A DNA stretch of 64,000 bases, from the NCBI GenBank assembly GCA_951406725.2, contig OX597823.1, forward strand, positions 33,976,001 through 34,040,000, given 5' to 3'. This DNA comes from Octopus vulgaris (Eukaryota). Under the pieces are notes generated by a model that saw only the letters and a program-made list of their open reading frames with translations, did not search any database and was not told the DNA's origin. Below are positions 62,911 to 64,000 of this stretch, piece by piece. The translations under genes were made by a program, and so were the position numbers. Position 1 is the stretch's first letter; each line of letters opens with the position of its first letter.

Positions 62911-64000
62911 TCCTTCATATATATGTGTATATATATATATGTATGTACATATACATTATTTAATAACAATTTGACTCAGCTCCATACAAATTACACAGGT
63001 GTGTAGGACAAACTTAACTCATCAAGCATCTGGAAACAGAGTAATTGAATGAGACAAGTCCAAGACAACTTCTAGATGTCAGATGTCTATTGGTCTGGAA
63101 ACAACATCAGTAATTTATTTTATTTTTTTGTCCTTTGACCCACTTGGATGAACAGGCTGTAGATAGATAACTGTCACTGCTCTGTCTGGAAGCTGCAATG
63201 TGGTATATTTAGCAACATCAGATTATTGCCTTTGCTGCTAAACTTTCCATGGGAGCAACAAGATTTGGTGGTATTGGATTGTGATTTGATGATGTTTGAT
63301 TAGACTATCAGCATGAATGGGGCTCTAGTCTATAAGTGTGCCAGGGTTTAACTACTGTGCCATTGAGTACAGAGTGGCCAGGCTTAAAGTGGTATATCTG
63401 GGTTGTTGGCTGCCAGTGTCTTGAAGTTCATAAACAGAGTGTAGCCCTGGAGACAACACAAAGCCAGGTGACTCTTCCTGTTCATGGTTACTGCAGATTA
63501 GTGAAATAGGTGGAGACAGAGTTGATAATTGCAAGTTCCAAGTGAGTACAGAGGAGCCCTGTCAATGACACTCCATTCAATATTGGAAGTCATTCTGATG
63601 ATCACAGAATCGCCAGATAAAATAGGACAGGGACACAGAGTTTTCCTTATCTCTGCTTCTGACAGAGTGCATATGCTGTGTATACCTTTTCTTGAAGTCA
63701 CAGGCTGTTGTGCTGTCTTGTAATGCCAACAGATGGTGTGAGGGTGGGTCTAAAGACCACAGACTTTGTGAGGCAAAATCTTCCCTGTGAACAATTGGTA
63801 AGATTTCAACAGTTACATGTTAGGATGTGTACTGGATGCTGTGTAGGTGTGTGTTTGTGTTTGCTGTAGTATGCACTGTTTAAAGCAACGTTGTCTTAGC
63901 AGAAATAACTGACCTTGATATTATCAGGTTTAAAACCCTTATAATACTTATGGGTTCTAGGGAAATGTTTGTTAATTAGCATCAGGAAGCTCCTAGCTAT

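Noticed and set aside
63200-63830. Unique-looking sequence with short ORFs near the window end
   Set aside because: No motif identified with confidence; not the expected next PDE8 exon (YVNPAFE-like).

Overview
Eukaryotic (animal) genomic DNA: AT-rich, very dense in microsatellites and interspersed repeats. The repeat families resemble those of octopus/coleoid cephalopods (inference from pattern recognition, no search run). Almost the whole window is intron. Four + strand coding exons (2245-2435, 25148-25207, 34124-34181, 61407-61571) have canonical AG/GT ends and matching phases. They splice into one 158-aa open frame matching the REC domain and start of the PAS domain of cAMP phosphodiesterase PDE8; three of them are too short for the ORF track. 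The introns hold decayed RTE, CR1/L2, HERO-like and Penelope-like retroelements, mariner and DD37D transposon relics, hAT- and piggyBac-type MITEs, a Helitron-type element and at least three tRNA-derived SINE families. Nearly all other ORF-track entries are microsatellite artefacts. The most notable unannotated signal is about a dozen type I hammerhead-ribozyme-like motifs from several unrelated repeat families, mostly within inverted (fold-back) repeats. They include a sense-strand hammerhead paired with a perfect 70-bp antisense twin, and a family that appears to join a tRNA-like Pol III head to a hammerhead. All folds were done by eye; no activity is demonstrated.
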